Positions 1 to 9,994 of a stretch of DNA of 50,405 nucleotides are shown one piece after another. The DNA is from Ignavibacteriota bacterium (GTDB lineage Bacteria; Bacteroidota; Ignavibacteria; Ignavibacteriales; Ignavibacteriaceae): NCBI GenBank assembly GCA_039931535.1, contig JBDTRQ010000065.1, positions 1 through 50,405 on the forward strand. The letters are read 5' to 3'. The stretch's first letter is position 1. Each line of letters starts with the position of its first letter. Under the pieces are notes generated by a model, which worked only from the letters and a program-made list of their open reading frames with translations, did no database searches and was not told where the DNA came from. A program made the translations under genes and the position numbers.

Positions 1-1
1 C

Positions 2-682
2 AATGCTTCTGTTTCATTCCAGGATGCTCAGGGTACAGGATCCAACCCAAATTCAAAAGCCGGTATTGTTGGCGCACCTTTAGATGGTGTTACAATATTT
101 AGACCTAATTACGTTGCTCCATTAGATTTCAACAAATCAATTACTGGAAATGTAAACTTAGATTATAGATTTGCTGCTGATAATGAATCTTCTATTCTTA
201 GTGATTTAGGGCTATCTGCACTCTTTACTTTTGATAGTGGACATCCGTTCACACTTGGTCAAGGAAAGGGAGACAACGCAGGATCATTAGAAGGTGATAA
301 CAGATTTAGGTCACCAATCGAAGCTCTGAACTCATCAAGTACTCCATGGGTTAGCCAGCTTGATTTAAAGATCGATAAATCTTTTATGATTACTGATAAA
401 TTGCGTGCTAATGTTTATTTCTTCATTGTCAACGTTCTGGATGCAACAAACATCACCAATGTTTTCCTTAGAACGGGAGCTGCTTCTGACGACGGCTATT
501 TGACCGACCCAGGATTAGGGGGAACATTAAAGACATATCAAAGAGAAGAGTATGAAGCTATGTACAGAGCTATAAATGTAGATTATTATCAAGCGTATCA
601 ATCTGCTGTTGTACCACCCGCTGTTGGCGTTTTATACGGTCCTCCACGCCAAATTCGATTTGGATTTCAATTAGAATACTAA
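2..682 (+). CDS. TonB-dependent outer-membrane receptor, C-terminal part (5' end lies outside the window)
   Basis: Frame 2 is open from the window edge; the ORF track only starts it at the first Met, 386. The sequence looks like beta-barrel strands and ends ...RQIRFGFQLEY with a terminal aromatic residue, typical of TonB-dependent and other OM barrels. Confidence 0.7.
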   Translation, partial: NASVSFQDAQGTGSNPNSKAGIVGAPLDGVTIFRPNYVAPLDFNKSITGNVNLDYRFAADNESSILSDLGLSALFTFDSGHPFTLGQGKGDNAGSLEGDNRFRSPIEALNSSSTPWVSQLDLKIDKSFMITDKLRANVYFFIVNVLDATNITNVFLRTGAASDDGYLTDPGLGGTLKTYQREEYEAMYRAINVDYYQAYQSAVVPPAVGVLYGPPRQIRFGFQLEY

Positions 683-716
683 AATTGATAGTATAAAAAA
701 ATAGGAGTTTCAAAAT

Positions 717-3700
717 ATGAGTTATAAAACAATAAAATACATACTTGTCTTTGTGATAAGTATTTTCTTCCTCGTCCCCGGTTTAAGGGCAGAGGGGGAT
801 AAGAAAGAAAAAAACAATAATGTTTTAAGCAAAACTAACCTCCAGGTTGCGTTAACAAGCTTAAACATTAATAATATATCAACTTACTTTTATAACAACG
901 GTATTTCTGATATATCTTCACAAGGTAATTCGGGATTGGTTTACCCAAAAGGTAGTGGTAAAACAGCTGCATTTACCTCTGGTCTGCTTTGGGGTGCCAG
1001 AGTTACAGGAGACCCCGACCCCAGGGTTGGTGGAACTGCATACAGAACTGGTTTACAGCCGGGTCAAGTAAAGTCGGACGGAACTGCTGATGATCCAAAC
1101 CTGGATATATATGGAGCCTATAGGGTAAGACGCGATGTTTTTCCGGGTGCTGATCCAAATATTGACCTTTCAACAGAAGCTGCATTGGATGGATTATCTC
1201 AATCTGAAGTTAGAGCCCAGTACGAAGCGGATTGGACTGGATGGCCAGCTACACTGGGTGCGCCATTTAATGATGTTGATTCAAACGGTATCTATGATCC
1301 GCTTGTAGATATTCCAGGTGTTAAGGATGCTGATCAAACTATCTGGTTTATTACAAACGATTTAAATTCAGGAAAAACTACGTTTTTATATGGAGCAAAT
1401 CCTTTGGGAATAGAATGTCAGGTAACCATCTGGGCTTATAATCAGGCTGGTGCTCTTGGCAGTATGTACTTCAGAAAATATAAATTAATCAACATAACCA
1501 ATAGAACAGCAAACCCAATTTCGTTTGATGACATGTATTTTTCAATGTGGTCAGACATTGATCTTGGTGATGCAGGTGATGACTATGTTGGTGTTGATAC
1601 AACTTTAAGTTTGCAATTCTGTTATAACGCAAGCGCTACAGATAATACCTATAATCCGTTACCTCCACCAGCAGTTGGCTTTGACTTTTTTCAAGGACCA
1701 ATTTTAAATGGAGTTGCCGGAGAAGACTTAAATAAAAATGGTATTGATGATGCTGCTGATTATGGTATTTTTAATAATCAACGCGTAGGACCTGGTAAGA
1801 TTAATTTACCAATGACAGCCGCTTATTATTTTGCTAATGGTGATGCCAATATTGGTGATCCTCCACAGAATAATATTGATGGTTCTCGCCAGTTTTATAA
1901 TTTTTTCCAGGGAAAATTTGGTATTTCAGGTGCTCCATTTACTGATCTGAAAACCGGATTACAAACAACTTATGCTTTAAATGGTGACCCTCAAGCACGT
2001 ACTGGTTGGTTAGATGGTGTTCAGTTGCCTGCTGGTGATAGACGTCAGGGAAGTGCTTCTGGTCCATTTACAATGGCGCCTGGTGATACACAAGAAGTTG
2101 TAGTTGCTGAAATTGTAGCTGGTGCAATACCAGGTGTTGATAGACTTTCAGCAATTGGACTTCTAAAATTTTATGATGCCCAGGCACAAGTAGCCTATAA
2201 TAACTTCTTTGATCTTCCAACTGCTCCACCAGCACCGGAAGTTACAGTAACTCCGTTGGATAGAGAAATAATACTTGATTGGTCAAAGAATACCGCAAAA
2301 GCTGAAGCTACTGAAACCTTTATGAAAAAAGGACACTCATTCCAGGGATATAATATTTATCAATTACCTTCTGCCTCAGCTCAGGTTTCAGAAGGTTATA
2401 GAGTTGCTACTTATGATATTATTGACCAGGTAGGTAAAATTTCTGATTTAGTTTTTGATGTTAAAACTGGAGCAGTTATAAAATACCCTGTTCAGTTTGG
2501 AAACGATACAGGAATAAAAAGATTTATTTCTATAACAAATGACTTAGTAAAAGGCGGAGTTCCATTAGTCAATGGAATTAAGTACTACTTTGCTGTTACT
2601 GCTTATAGCTATAATCCAGATCTAAGTGCTGTTCCTAATAATTTGGAAAACCCAATTGCAATTATTACTGTTGTACCTCAAACCACTAACCCAGGTATAA
2701 CTTATGGCGATGAATCTGGTGGCTCGGTTACGATTACTCATCAAGGGACAGCTGATGGCGGTCCGACTGTTAATATTGTTGATCCAGCCGCAACAACCGG
2801 TCACGATTACGAAGTTTTCTTTACACAACGTCAAGAAATTAGAGATCCTAGTGGTGATTGGGTAGCTGCTGCTGTTGTAAATCGTAAACTTGGACCTGAT
2901 ACTTTAGACGGCACATCAATTGATCTAGCTGGCGTATATGGACCACAAGCAGGTGTGCTTGAACTAAAGTTTTCGTTAGATTTAGTTTCAGTTGATTTTG
3001 ATTATGCTGATGGTGTCTTACTAACATTCCCTGCTGGAGTGACAATTCTTAGTGTTCCTAGTTTTGAAGCTGGCAACGGTTCAATTAGTCCAGTTATTAT
3101 TGGAAACACAGTTATACTTGGAGATACATCTCACCCATATACCGGAAACGGAGCATTTGCTGGAGGTGAAGAGTGGAGTGTTAATGTTCAGGCAAACTTA
3201 CCTTTATCAGTTGATTGGACAGTATTTGATGATGGGTATGGCGGTGGACCTATTGATGCTAGCGGAACAACAACCGTCAGTGCGCTTGGTAATGCATCAA
3301 GACTTGCAAAATATTGGAACCTGAAAGATGTAAATACAGGAGTTACATTACTTGAAAATCAAAGCGTTATAGGTGGAGTAGATATATTCCCAAGACGTGA
3401 TGATCTTACAGACGCCCAATTAAACCCAACCTCAACGGCAGATCCAATAGTTGATGGATTTCAAATTGGAACAAGTATAGTTTATGAAGCTCCACTAAAC
3501 TTTACTAAGAGTAGACTTAAGCTAAGTCCAAAAGAGAGTCCAACTACATTATCATCAAACAGTACAACTACAAATTTGGATATACAAAACTATACCATAT
3601 TTGGTGGTACTATTAGTAGTTATGCTGCTGATAACTTTGGGTTTGGAACTTATAGCATTGATGAACTACAACAGGATTATGAGTTACGATTTACCGGAGT

Positions 3701-4502
3701 TTGGGATACAACAGTAGTTGGTGGGCAAACGCTTATAACTATCAAAGATGGAACAGGCTCATTGGCCACAATATTCTCAACTGCCTCCGGTGCGGCAGGA
3801 TTAGCTACACACCCTCTTAATCCTAATCCAGGCGTAGCGGCTCCTTTCTTGGTTAGAATACCTTTTGAAGTTTGGAATATAGATACCAAACAACAGGTTA
3901 ACTTATTGTTTAGAGATCGCTTACAAACCCCAACTTCAGAACCATTCTTCTCTTGGAATCCGAAGAATAGAATGTATGCAGTTATAGATAATTCACCATA
4001 TGATGCTACAGCACCAAAGATTGATCCTTCAACTGCAACATGGGTGCTGGTATTTTACGGAACAAACTATACGCTTAATGATGTAGTAACTGTTTCTTAT
4101 GACAACCCAATTCAGATTGGCACAGATACATACACATTTAATACAAAAGGTTCTTCTTTCTCAAATGAACTTGCTAAAACACAAGTAGATAAAATTAATG
4201 TTTTCCCAAATCCTTACTATGGTGTAAACACAGAAGAACTTAACAAATACAACAAATTTGTTATCTTCAGTCATTTACCAACAAAAGCAACAATTAGAAT
4301 CTTCAATCTTGCAGGTGTTCATGTAAAAACAATTGAAAAGGATGATGTTGATCAATTCCAAAGATGGGATCTGGCAAACGATTCAGGCTTACCAGTAGCC
4401 AGCGGTTTATATATCGCATACATTGATTTGCCGGAACTCGGTGAGACAAAAATCCTTAAAATAGCAATAATTCAGGAACAACAAATTCTTGATAGATTCT
4501 AA
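717..4502 (+). CDS. Very large secreted surface protein (1261 aa) with Fn3-like segment and T9SS C-terminal sorting domain
   Basis: AGGAG lies upstream of the ATG. There is an N-terminal signal-like segment (ILVFVISIFFLVPGLRA). An internal PPAPEVTVTPLDREIILDWS...GYNIYQ segment resembles Fn3. The C-terminal INVFPNPYYG...ATIRIFNLAGV...SGLYIAYI resembles a Por secretion tail. Confidence 0.85.
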   Translation: MSYKTIKYILVFVISIFFLVPGLRAEGDKKEKNNNVLSKTNLQVALTSLNINNISTYFYNNGISDISSQGNSGLVYPKGSGKTAAFTSGLLWGARVTGDPDPRVGGTAYRTGLQPGQVKSDGTADDPNLDIYGAYRVRRDVFPGADPNIDLSTEAALDGLSQSEVRAQYEADWTGWPATLGAPFNDVDSNGIYDPLVDIPGVKDADQTIWFITNDLNSGKTTFLYGANPLGIECQVTIWAYNQAGALGSMYFRKYKLINITNRTANPISFDDMYFSMWSDIDLGDAGDDYVGVDTTLSLQFCYNASATDNTYNPLPPPAVGFDFFQGPILNGVAGEDLNKNGIDDAADYGIFNNQRVGPGKINLPMTAAYYFANGDANIGDPPQNNIDGSRQFYNFFQGKFGISGAPFTDLKTGLQTTYALNGDPQARTGWLDGVQLPAGDRRQGSASGPFTMAPGDTQEVVVAEIVAGAIPGVDRLSAIGLLKFYDAQAQVAYNNFFDLPTAPPAPEVTVTPLDREIILDWSKNTAKAEATETFMKKGHSFQGYNIYQLPSASAQVSEGYRVATYDIIDQVGKISDLVFDVKTGAVIKYPVQFGNDTGIKRFISITNDLVKGGVPLVNGIKYYFAVTAYSYNPDLSAVPNNLENPIAIITVVPQTTNPGITYGDESGGSVTITHQGTADGGPTVNIVDPAATTGHDYEVFFTQRQEIRDPSGDWVAAAVVNRKLGPDTLDGTSIDLAGVYGPQAGVLELKFSLDLVSVDFDYADGVLLTFPAGVTILSVPSFEAGNGSISPVIIGNTVILGDTSHPYTGNGAFAGGEEWSVNVQANLPLSVDWTVFDDGYGGGPIDASGTTTVSALGNASRLAKYWNLKDVNTGVTLLENQSVIGGVDIFPRRDDLTDAQLNPTSTADPIVDGFQIGTSIVYEAPLNFTKSRLKLSPKESPTTLSSNSTTTNLDIQNYTIFGGTISSYAADNFGFGTYSIDELQQDYELRFTGVWDTTVVGGQTLITIKDGTGSLATIFSTASGAAGLATHPLNPNPGVAAPFLVRIPFEVWNIDTKQQVNLLFRDRLQTPTSEPFFSWNPKNRMYAVIDNSPYDATAPKIDPSTATWVLVFYGTNYTLNDVVTVSYDNPIQIGTDTYTFNTKGSSFSNELAKTQVDKINVFPNPYYGVNTEELNKYNKFVIFSHLPTKATIRIFNLAGVHVKTIEKDDVDQFQRWDLANDSGLPVASGLYIAYIDLPELGETKILKIAIIQEQQILDRF

Positions 4503-4533
4503 TGAAATCAAGTTTAAAAGTATAGGAGTAAAA

Positions 4534-5565
4534 ATGAAAAGTATATTTAGATTATTAATAATAGTTCTTGCCCTCCTGCTTACACTTGATGTATATGCCG
4601 GAGGTGGTAACAGAACAGGTACAGGAGGAGCCGCACAATTGCTCATTCCTGTCGGTCCACGCGGTATAGCCATGGGCGAAGCTAATCTTGCAGTATCAAA
4701 TGGTATTGAGTCAATATTCTGGAATCCTGCTGGCTTAGCCGGCTTGAAGGGTTCTACAAGTGTAATGTTTTCTCACATGTCTTATATTGCAGATATCGGT
4801 GTTGAGTATGGTGCTGTTGCAACAAATTTTGAAGGATTTGGAACTGTTTCGCTAAGTCTTAAAAGCCTTTCAATAGGTGAGATTTTAGTTACAACAACTT
4901 CAGATCCTGATGGATTGAGTGGAGCTAAATTTTCTCCACAAATGTTAACAGCAGGATTAACATATTCACGTCAACTAACAGAAAGAATATCAGTTGGTTT
5001 AACAGCTAACCTTATTACTGAAACTCTTGGAGACGTAAGTACTACAGGGTTAGGTTTTAATGTTGGCGTTTTATACAACACACTTGCAGACATAAACGGA
5101 TTAAGCATCGGTATTGCAATGAAAAATATAGGTCCTCAAATGCAATACGGAGGTTCCGGAATGTTAGTTTTATCAGATGTTGCTGATCAGCATCGTTCGC
5201 CTCAATATACAACTATTGATGCAGCAAAATTTGATTTGCCATCTTCATTTGAGCTAGGTCTTGGATATAAAGCTATGTTTGATGAAGATAATGCACTTCA
5301 GTTTGCTGGTGTTTTTCAGAATAATAACTTTTCTGAAGATGAATACAAATTAGGTGCTGAGTACGGCTTTAATAATCAATTCTTTGCAAGATTGGGTTAT
5401 CAGTTTTCACCAAACTTAGACAGTGATAAGTACTTGTATGGCTTAACTGCTGGTGCTGGTGTTAATGTTGACCTTAATGGCGTAATGTTAAGAGTTGATT
5501 ACGCTTACCGATATGCACAATATTTTAATGGAAACCATGTTTTTGCACTTTCTCTAGGTTTCTAA
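4534..5565 (+). CDS. PorV/PorQ-family outer-membrane beta-barrel protein (T9SS-associated)
   Basis: I moved the start to the ATG at 4534, preceded by AGGAG at 4524..4528. It has a signal peptide, and GAAQLLIPVGPRGIAMGEANLAVSNGIESIFWNPAGLAGL matches the N-terminal signature of PorV/PorQ-like barrels. It ends in an aromatic residue (..LSLGF). Confidence 0.75.
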   Translation: MKSIFRLLIIVLALLLTLDVYAGGGNRTGTGGAAQLLIPVGPRGIAMGEANLAVSNGIESIFWNPAGLAGLKGSTSVMFSHMSYIADIGVEYGAVATNFEGFGTVSLSLKSLSIGEILVTTTSDPDGLSGAKFSPQMLTAGLTYSRQLTERISVGLTANLITETLGDVSTTGLGFNVGVLYNTLADINGLSIGIAMKNIGPQMQYGGSGMLVLSDVADQHRSPQYTTIDAAKFDLPSSFELGLGYKAMFDEDNALQFAGVFQNNNFSEDEYKLGAEYGFNNQFFARLGYQFSPNLDSDKYLYGLTAGAGVNVDLNGVMLRVDYAYRYAQYFNGNHVFALSLGF

Positions 5566-5588
5566 AAAATAGTTCTTTTCTTTATTTA

Positions 5589-5622
5589 ATCCGTACTGAT
5601 TTTTTCGGTACGGATTTTTTTT
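5589..5622 (+). terminator. Rho-independent terminator after the PorV-like gene
   Basis: Stem atccgtac (5589..5596) pairs with gtacggat (5608..5615), followed by a T-run to 5622. Confidence 0.75.
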
Positions 5623-5799
5623 GCTTTAACATTTGCCATATTGCAATTTCTATTCTATTAACTTCATCTAAAATATTTTATCACCACTATAAATCGTTTA
5701 TGTATAATTTTAAGTTTTCTATATTCTGTTGTTGGATTTTTATACCTAAGTTTTTATCATTAAACGAATATTTATTTAACTTTTCCATTTGGAGACAAT

Positions 5800-7710
5800 A
5801 TGCTTAAACTAACAATTATAGGAATGCTAATGCTATTTACAGCAAACAACTTTGCGCAACAAAGCGAAGTGCCACTTATCCCGATGAAAGACTTTTTTAG
5901 AAACGTAGAAAAAAGAAGTTACCAAATTTCGCCGGATGGAGATTATCTTTCTTTTATGCAGCCTGTAAATTCAAGAATGAATGTGTTCATCCAAAAAATT
6001 GGTGAAGACAAAACAACTCAGGTTACATTTGCCACCGAGCGAGATATTGCAGGATATTTCTGGAAAGGTAACAATAGAATAATTTATATACAGGATTCTA
6101 AAGGCGATGAGAACTTTAGATTATTTGGTGTTGATAAAGACGGTAAAAATGAAAAAGATTTAACACCCTTTGATAAAGTTAGGGCTGGTATGGTGGATGA
6201 TCTTATTGATAATCCAACTGAAATGCTGATTCAAATGAACAAAGAAAATCCACAGGTTTTTGATGTTTACAGAATAAATGTGAACACTGGCGATATGAAA
6301 ACAGTAGCACAAAACCCCGGTAACATTACAGGCTGGCAAACAGATCACGATGGTAAGCTTAGAATAGCAATCACAACTGATGGGGTCAATTCAACAGTTC
6401 TTTATCGTGATAATGAAGAACAGGAGTTTAGCCCGCTATTAACAACAACATTTAAAGAAACATTTGCCCCGCTGTTTTTTACTTTTGACAATAAAAATCT
6501 TTACGTGTCTTCTAACATCGATAGAGATAAAGCAGCAATTGTAGAGTATGATATTGCTAATAAAAAAGAAGTAAAAATGCTTTATGAAAATCCAGATTAT
6601 GATGTTAATGGATTAAATTATTCCCGCAAAAGGAAAGTAATAGAGTTTGCAAATTACACCGGTTGGAAACAGGAATATCATTTCTTTGATGATGAAACTA
6701 AAAACATCTACAATGATTTAGCTGCCAAATTGCCGGGTAAAGAACTTGCTATAACCGGAATGAACAAAAATGAAGATAAACTTTTGGTAAGAACTTACAG
6801 CGATAAATCACTCGGTGCGTATTATTTTTATAATGTTAATTCTAAAGACTTAAAAAAACTTACTGATGTTAGTCCATGGTTAAATGAAAATGATCTTTCC
6901 GACCAAAAACCGATTACATATAAATCACGAGATGGCTTAACAATACACGGTTACCTAACATTACCCAAAGGTGTTGATCCAAAAAATCTGCCTGTGGTTG
7001 TTAATCCGCACGGTGGACCTTGGGCAAGAGATTCGTGGGGTTTTAATCCTGAAGTACAGTTTCTTGCAAACAGAGGTTATGCAGTTCTTCAAATGAACTT
7101 CCGGGGCTCAACAGGATATGGAAGAGAATTTTGGGAAAAGAGTTTTAAACAGTGGGGCAGAACAATGCAGGATGATATTTCAGACGGCGTAAAATGGTTA
7201 ATTGCTGAAGGTATTGCTGATCCTAAGCGTGTTGCTATTTACGGCGGCTCTTATGGTGGTTATGCAACTTTAGCTGGCTTAACATTTTCACCAGAGCTTT
7301 ATGCTTGTGGTGTTGATTACGTTGGCGTTTCAAATATTTTCACATTCCAAAATTCTATCCCACCTTATTGGGAGCCATTTAAAGAAATGTTGTATGAGAT
7401 GGTTGGTAATCCGGTTAAAGATTCAGTATTACTATATGATGCTTCACCTGTTTTTCATGTTGATAATATTAAAGCCCCATTATTGGTTGCCCAAGGATTA
7501 AACGATCCAAGAGTAAATAAAAATGAGTCTGATCAAATGGTGGAAGCACTTAAGAAAAAAGGAATTGATGTTCCTTATATGGTTAAAGATAACGAAGGGC
7601 ACGGATTTAGAAACGAAGAAAACAGATTTGATTTTTACGGTGCAATGGAACAATTCTTTTTTAAATATCTCGGTGGTAGAGCCGTAGAATTAAAAGAAGA
7701 AAAAAATTAA
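5800..7710 (+). CDS. S9-family serine peptidase (prolyl oligopeptidase / dipeptidyl-peptidase type) with N-terminal propeller
   Basis: Signal peptide present. The nucleophile elbow is GGSYGGY and a C-terminal ..DNEGHGF.. supplies the His. The propeller-plus-alpha/beta-hydrolase layout is typical of S9. Confidence 0.88.
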   Translation: MLKLTIIGMLMLFTANNFAQQSEVPLIPMKDFFRNVEKRSYQISPDGDYLSFMQPVNSRMNVFIQKIGEDKTTQVTFATERDIAGYFWKGNNRIIYIQDSKGDENFRLFGVDKDGKNEKDLTPFDKVRAGMVDDLIDNPTEMLIQMNKENPQVFDVYRINVNTGDMKTVAQNPGNITGWQTDHDGKLRIAITTDGVNSTVLYRDNEEQEFSPLLTTTFKETFAPLFFTFDNKNLYVSSNIDRDKAAIVEYDIANKKEVKMLYENPDYDVNGLNYSRKRKVIEFANYTGWKQEYHFFDDETKNIYNDLAAKLPGKELAITGMNKNEDKLLVRTYSDKSLGAYYFYNVNSKDLKKLTDVSPWLNENDLSDQKPITYKSRDGLTIHGYLTLPKGVDPKNLPVVVNPHGGPWARDSWGFNPEVQFLANRGYAVLQMNFRGSTGYGREFWEKSFKQWGRTMQDDISDGVKWLIAEGIADPKRVAIYGGSYGGYATLAGLTFSPELYACGVDYVGVSNIFTFQNSIPPYWEPFKEMLYEMVGNPVKDSVLLYDASPVFHVDNIKAPLLVAQGLNDPRVNKNESDQMVEALKKKGIDVPYMVKDNEGHGFRNEENRFDFYGAMEQFFFKYLGGRAVELKEEKN

Positions 7711-7798
7711 GTCAAGCCCATCCCTAAGGGAAGGGAAATATATTAAAAGAGGCTATCTAAACCATATAAAATAAAATTTAGCCGCAATTTTTGGTTTA

Positions 7799-7853
7799 GT
7801 CATTACGAGCGAAGTGGAACTTTTTATGATTGCTTCACTTCGTTCGCAATGAT
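7799..7853. repeat. Palindromic intergenic repeat, family A (gtcattGCGA..GAAGcaatc type), copy 1
   Basis: Arms cattacgagcgaagtg (7801..7816) and cacttcgttcgcaatg (7836..7851) are inverted repeats with 2 mismatches. The copy lies between convergent genes. Confidence 0.8.
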
Positions 7854-7868
7854 GATAAATATTAGAAG

Positions 7869-9230
7869 TTAAATTACGGCAGTTCTTAAATCTTTTCTCT
7901 GATAGTACCATCTGTAAAATAATAATGCAATTCCAGATGTTAATCCTATTCCGGCAAAATAATACCAAACCATATACGCTTTATCATAAGCTGTAACAAG
8001 TTGCTCTGCTGTTAGTGTTAAAGGATCTGGAACGTAAGCAGTTAGTAAGTAACCGGAAATCCCAAATCCTAATATTGAAGATAAGAATGAATGTAAGTGA
8101 CTGAATCCAAGATACAAACCTTCTTCTCCTTTGGGCGCTTGCAGAGAAAAATATTCTAAGTAACGCGGAGAAATAAAACACTCAGCTAATCCTTGCACAA
8201 CAATTCCTAAGATCAGCATAACAGTAATTGGGTGAGCGGTGAACAATCCAAATATCGAAACAGACTGACCTGTAACAGATTCAAGTAAATTACTTGAAGC
8301 CATTAGAAGCGCAGAAATAGGCATCAAAAACATACCAACTGCCATTGAAGAAACAGCTTTTACTTTACGCATTAAGTGAGTAATCATCATAACCATTGTC
8401 ATCACAACAAAGGGGTTAACATTCGCAATCCATTCCGGAGAGGCATGTTCACCAACAGTTCTTAAAACATATTTTGGCATTGTTGCATAAAGCTGTTGTT
8501 GGATAATCCAAAATCCTGTTACAATTAAAATTAAAAGTAATAATCTCATATTGGTTACTACTTTTAAAAATCCTGTCCATACTTCCTGTAATGTTTTTCC
8601 TTCTCCATCGGTATTAATATTTTTATAAAAAAGAAAAACAACTACTAAAGCAATAAAACTCATTAAAGCAGAGAAGAAATTAATTGAAGTTAGACCCCAT
8701 TCAATTCTTAAAGGATACGCAAATGTTTTTCCTAAAAATGCTCCAATATTAACAATGCCGTAAAAAATAGAATAACCTCTTGCTCTGGTTTCTGGAGTAG
8801 TAGTCTTAGCAACGGTTCCTGTAATAATAGATTTTATAAAAGATCCGCCAAACATTATTACAACTAAAGATGGTAGAACAACTGATTTAAAAGGCATTGC
8901 ACCAAGCGCAAAATATCCTATAGATAAAAGAGCAAAAGCAAGTATTACCGCATTTCTAAATCCTATCTTATCTGCAAAAGCGCCTGTAAATGGTGGCAGA
9001 AAATAAAGCCCGGCAGAAAAAAGTCCACCAATCCATGCAGCTTCAATATCATCAAATCCAACTATGCGGGAAAGATAAAGTGTAATTGAAATAAACACTG
9101 CATAATAAGCGGCGCGTTCAAATAGCTCGACTATGTTTGCAGTCCAGAATGCTTGTGGAAATTTCCAGCTTGATTTTTGTGTGGTTGTGGGCTCCACATT
9201 TGAATTTAGATTGCTCACAAGTAACCTCAA
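7869..9230 (-). CDS. POT/PTR2-family proton-dependent oligopeptide transporter (MFS)
   Basis: Polytopic membrane protein carrying the POT signature ..VELFERAAYYAVF.. near the N-terminus. Confidence 0.85.
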   Translation of the reverse strand: MRLLVSNLNSNVEPTTTQKSSWKFPQAFWTANIVELFERAAYYAVFISITLYLSRIVGFDDIEAAWIGGLFSAGLYFLPPFTGAFADKIGFRNAVILAFALLSIGYFALGAMPFKSVVLPSLVVIMFGGSFIKSIITGTVAKTTTPETRARGYSIFYGIVNIGAFLGKTFAYPLRIEWGLTSINFFSALMSFIALVVVFLFYKNINTDGEGKTLQEVWTGFLKVVTNMRLLLLILIVTGFWIIQQQLYATMPKYVLRTVGEHASPEWIANVNPFVVMTMVMMITHLMRKVKAVSSMAVGMFLMPISALLMASSNLLESVTGQSVSIFGLFTAHPITVMLILGIVVQGLAECFISPRYLEYFSLQAPKGEEGLYLGFSHLHSFLSSILGFGISGYLLTAYVPDPLTLTAEQLVTAYDKAYMVWYYFAGIGLTSGIALLFYRWYYQRKDLRTAVI

Positions 9231-9277
9231 TATTTTTAAGATATTTAATTTGTAGATAGGAAATTTTTATAAGAAGG

Positions 9278-9820
9278 TTACTTTTCCTTTGGTATAAATT
9301 TCATTGAACCGGAGTTAATGCAATAACGCAATCCGGTTGGTGGCGGCCCATCATCAAACACATGTCCTAAATGACCGCCGCATTTTGCACACATAACTTC
9401 TGTTCTTTTCATTCCAAAGTTATTATCATCTTTGTAAATGATTCTGCTGCTATCGATAGGTTCAAAATAGCTGGGCCAGCCGCAGCCGGATTCAAACTTT
9501 GTGTTGGATTCAAATAATTCAGTACCACAGGCTGCGCAAATGTAAGTTCCAAGCTCATGACTATCCCAATATTTGCCGGTAAAGGCTCGCTCAGTTCCTT
9601 TTTCGCGCAGTATATTATATTGTTCAGGCGTTAATTCTTTTTTCCATTCTTCATCTGTCTTGATAATTTTATCATTCATATTCTCTCCATTGGATTTTGT
9701 TGAATCAGGATCTGAAATAAATTTTTCTTTAGCAATTGTGTTTGATCTTTCGTTGTCCGTGAAATTCCATATAAAAATACCCGCAATTAAAATTAATAAA
9801 ATCGCTGCTATCTTAATCAT
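9278..9820 (-). CDS. msrB: Peptide-methionine (R)-S-oxide reductase MsrB with N-terminal membrane anchor/signal
   Basis: Two CxxC zinc pairs ([21 protein letters not shown]) and the catalytic RYCINS motif. A hydrophobic N-terminus ([17 protein letters not shown]) is added. Confidence 0.9.
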   Translation of the reverse strand: MIKIAAILLILIAGIFIWNFTDNERSNTIAKEKFISDPDSTKSNGENMNDKIIKTDEEWKKELTPEQYNILREKGTERAFTGKYWDSHELGTYICAACGTELFESNTKFESGCGWPSYFEPIDSSRIIYKDDNNFGMKRTEVMCAKCGGHLGHVFDDGPPPTGLRYCINSGSMKFIPKEK

Positions 9821-9994
9821 TTTCCAATCCTATACTATTTATATTTACAAATGAAACTAAATCATATTCTGATGGATGAATATTTCCTTTAAATACCTTA
9901 ATATCAACACAATAATTTTAGAGAAAGTTCATTCAAACATTATTTTACCCCAAAGAGATAAAAAACCTTTTGATGAAATTTTTAAACTGGTAGA

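Noticed and set aside
1003-4673. Short ORFs inside or antisense to the 1261-aa gene and the PorV-like gene start (1003..1185, 2622..2834, 2848..3045, 3052..3324, 3677..3889, 4407..4673).
   Set aside because: All are fully embedded in a long ORF with strong coding features. They have odd composition (Q/L/H-rich), no ribosome-binding sites and no motifs, so they are shadow ORFs.
2-5565. Calling the TonB-receptor locus a classical polysaccharide utilisation locus.
   Set aside because: No SusD-like gene and no glycoside hydrolase is present. The receptor's plug and N-terminus lie outside the window, so the SusC subtype cannot be judged.
7753-7968. 71-aa ORF, plus 7984..8181, overlapping the family A repeat and the POT transporter end.
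   Set aside because: Its sequence (..HHCERSEAII..) is simply the translated palindromic repeat, and the rest overlaps the transporter gene in another frame.
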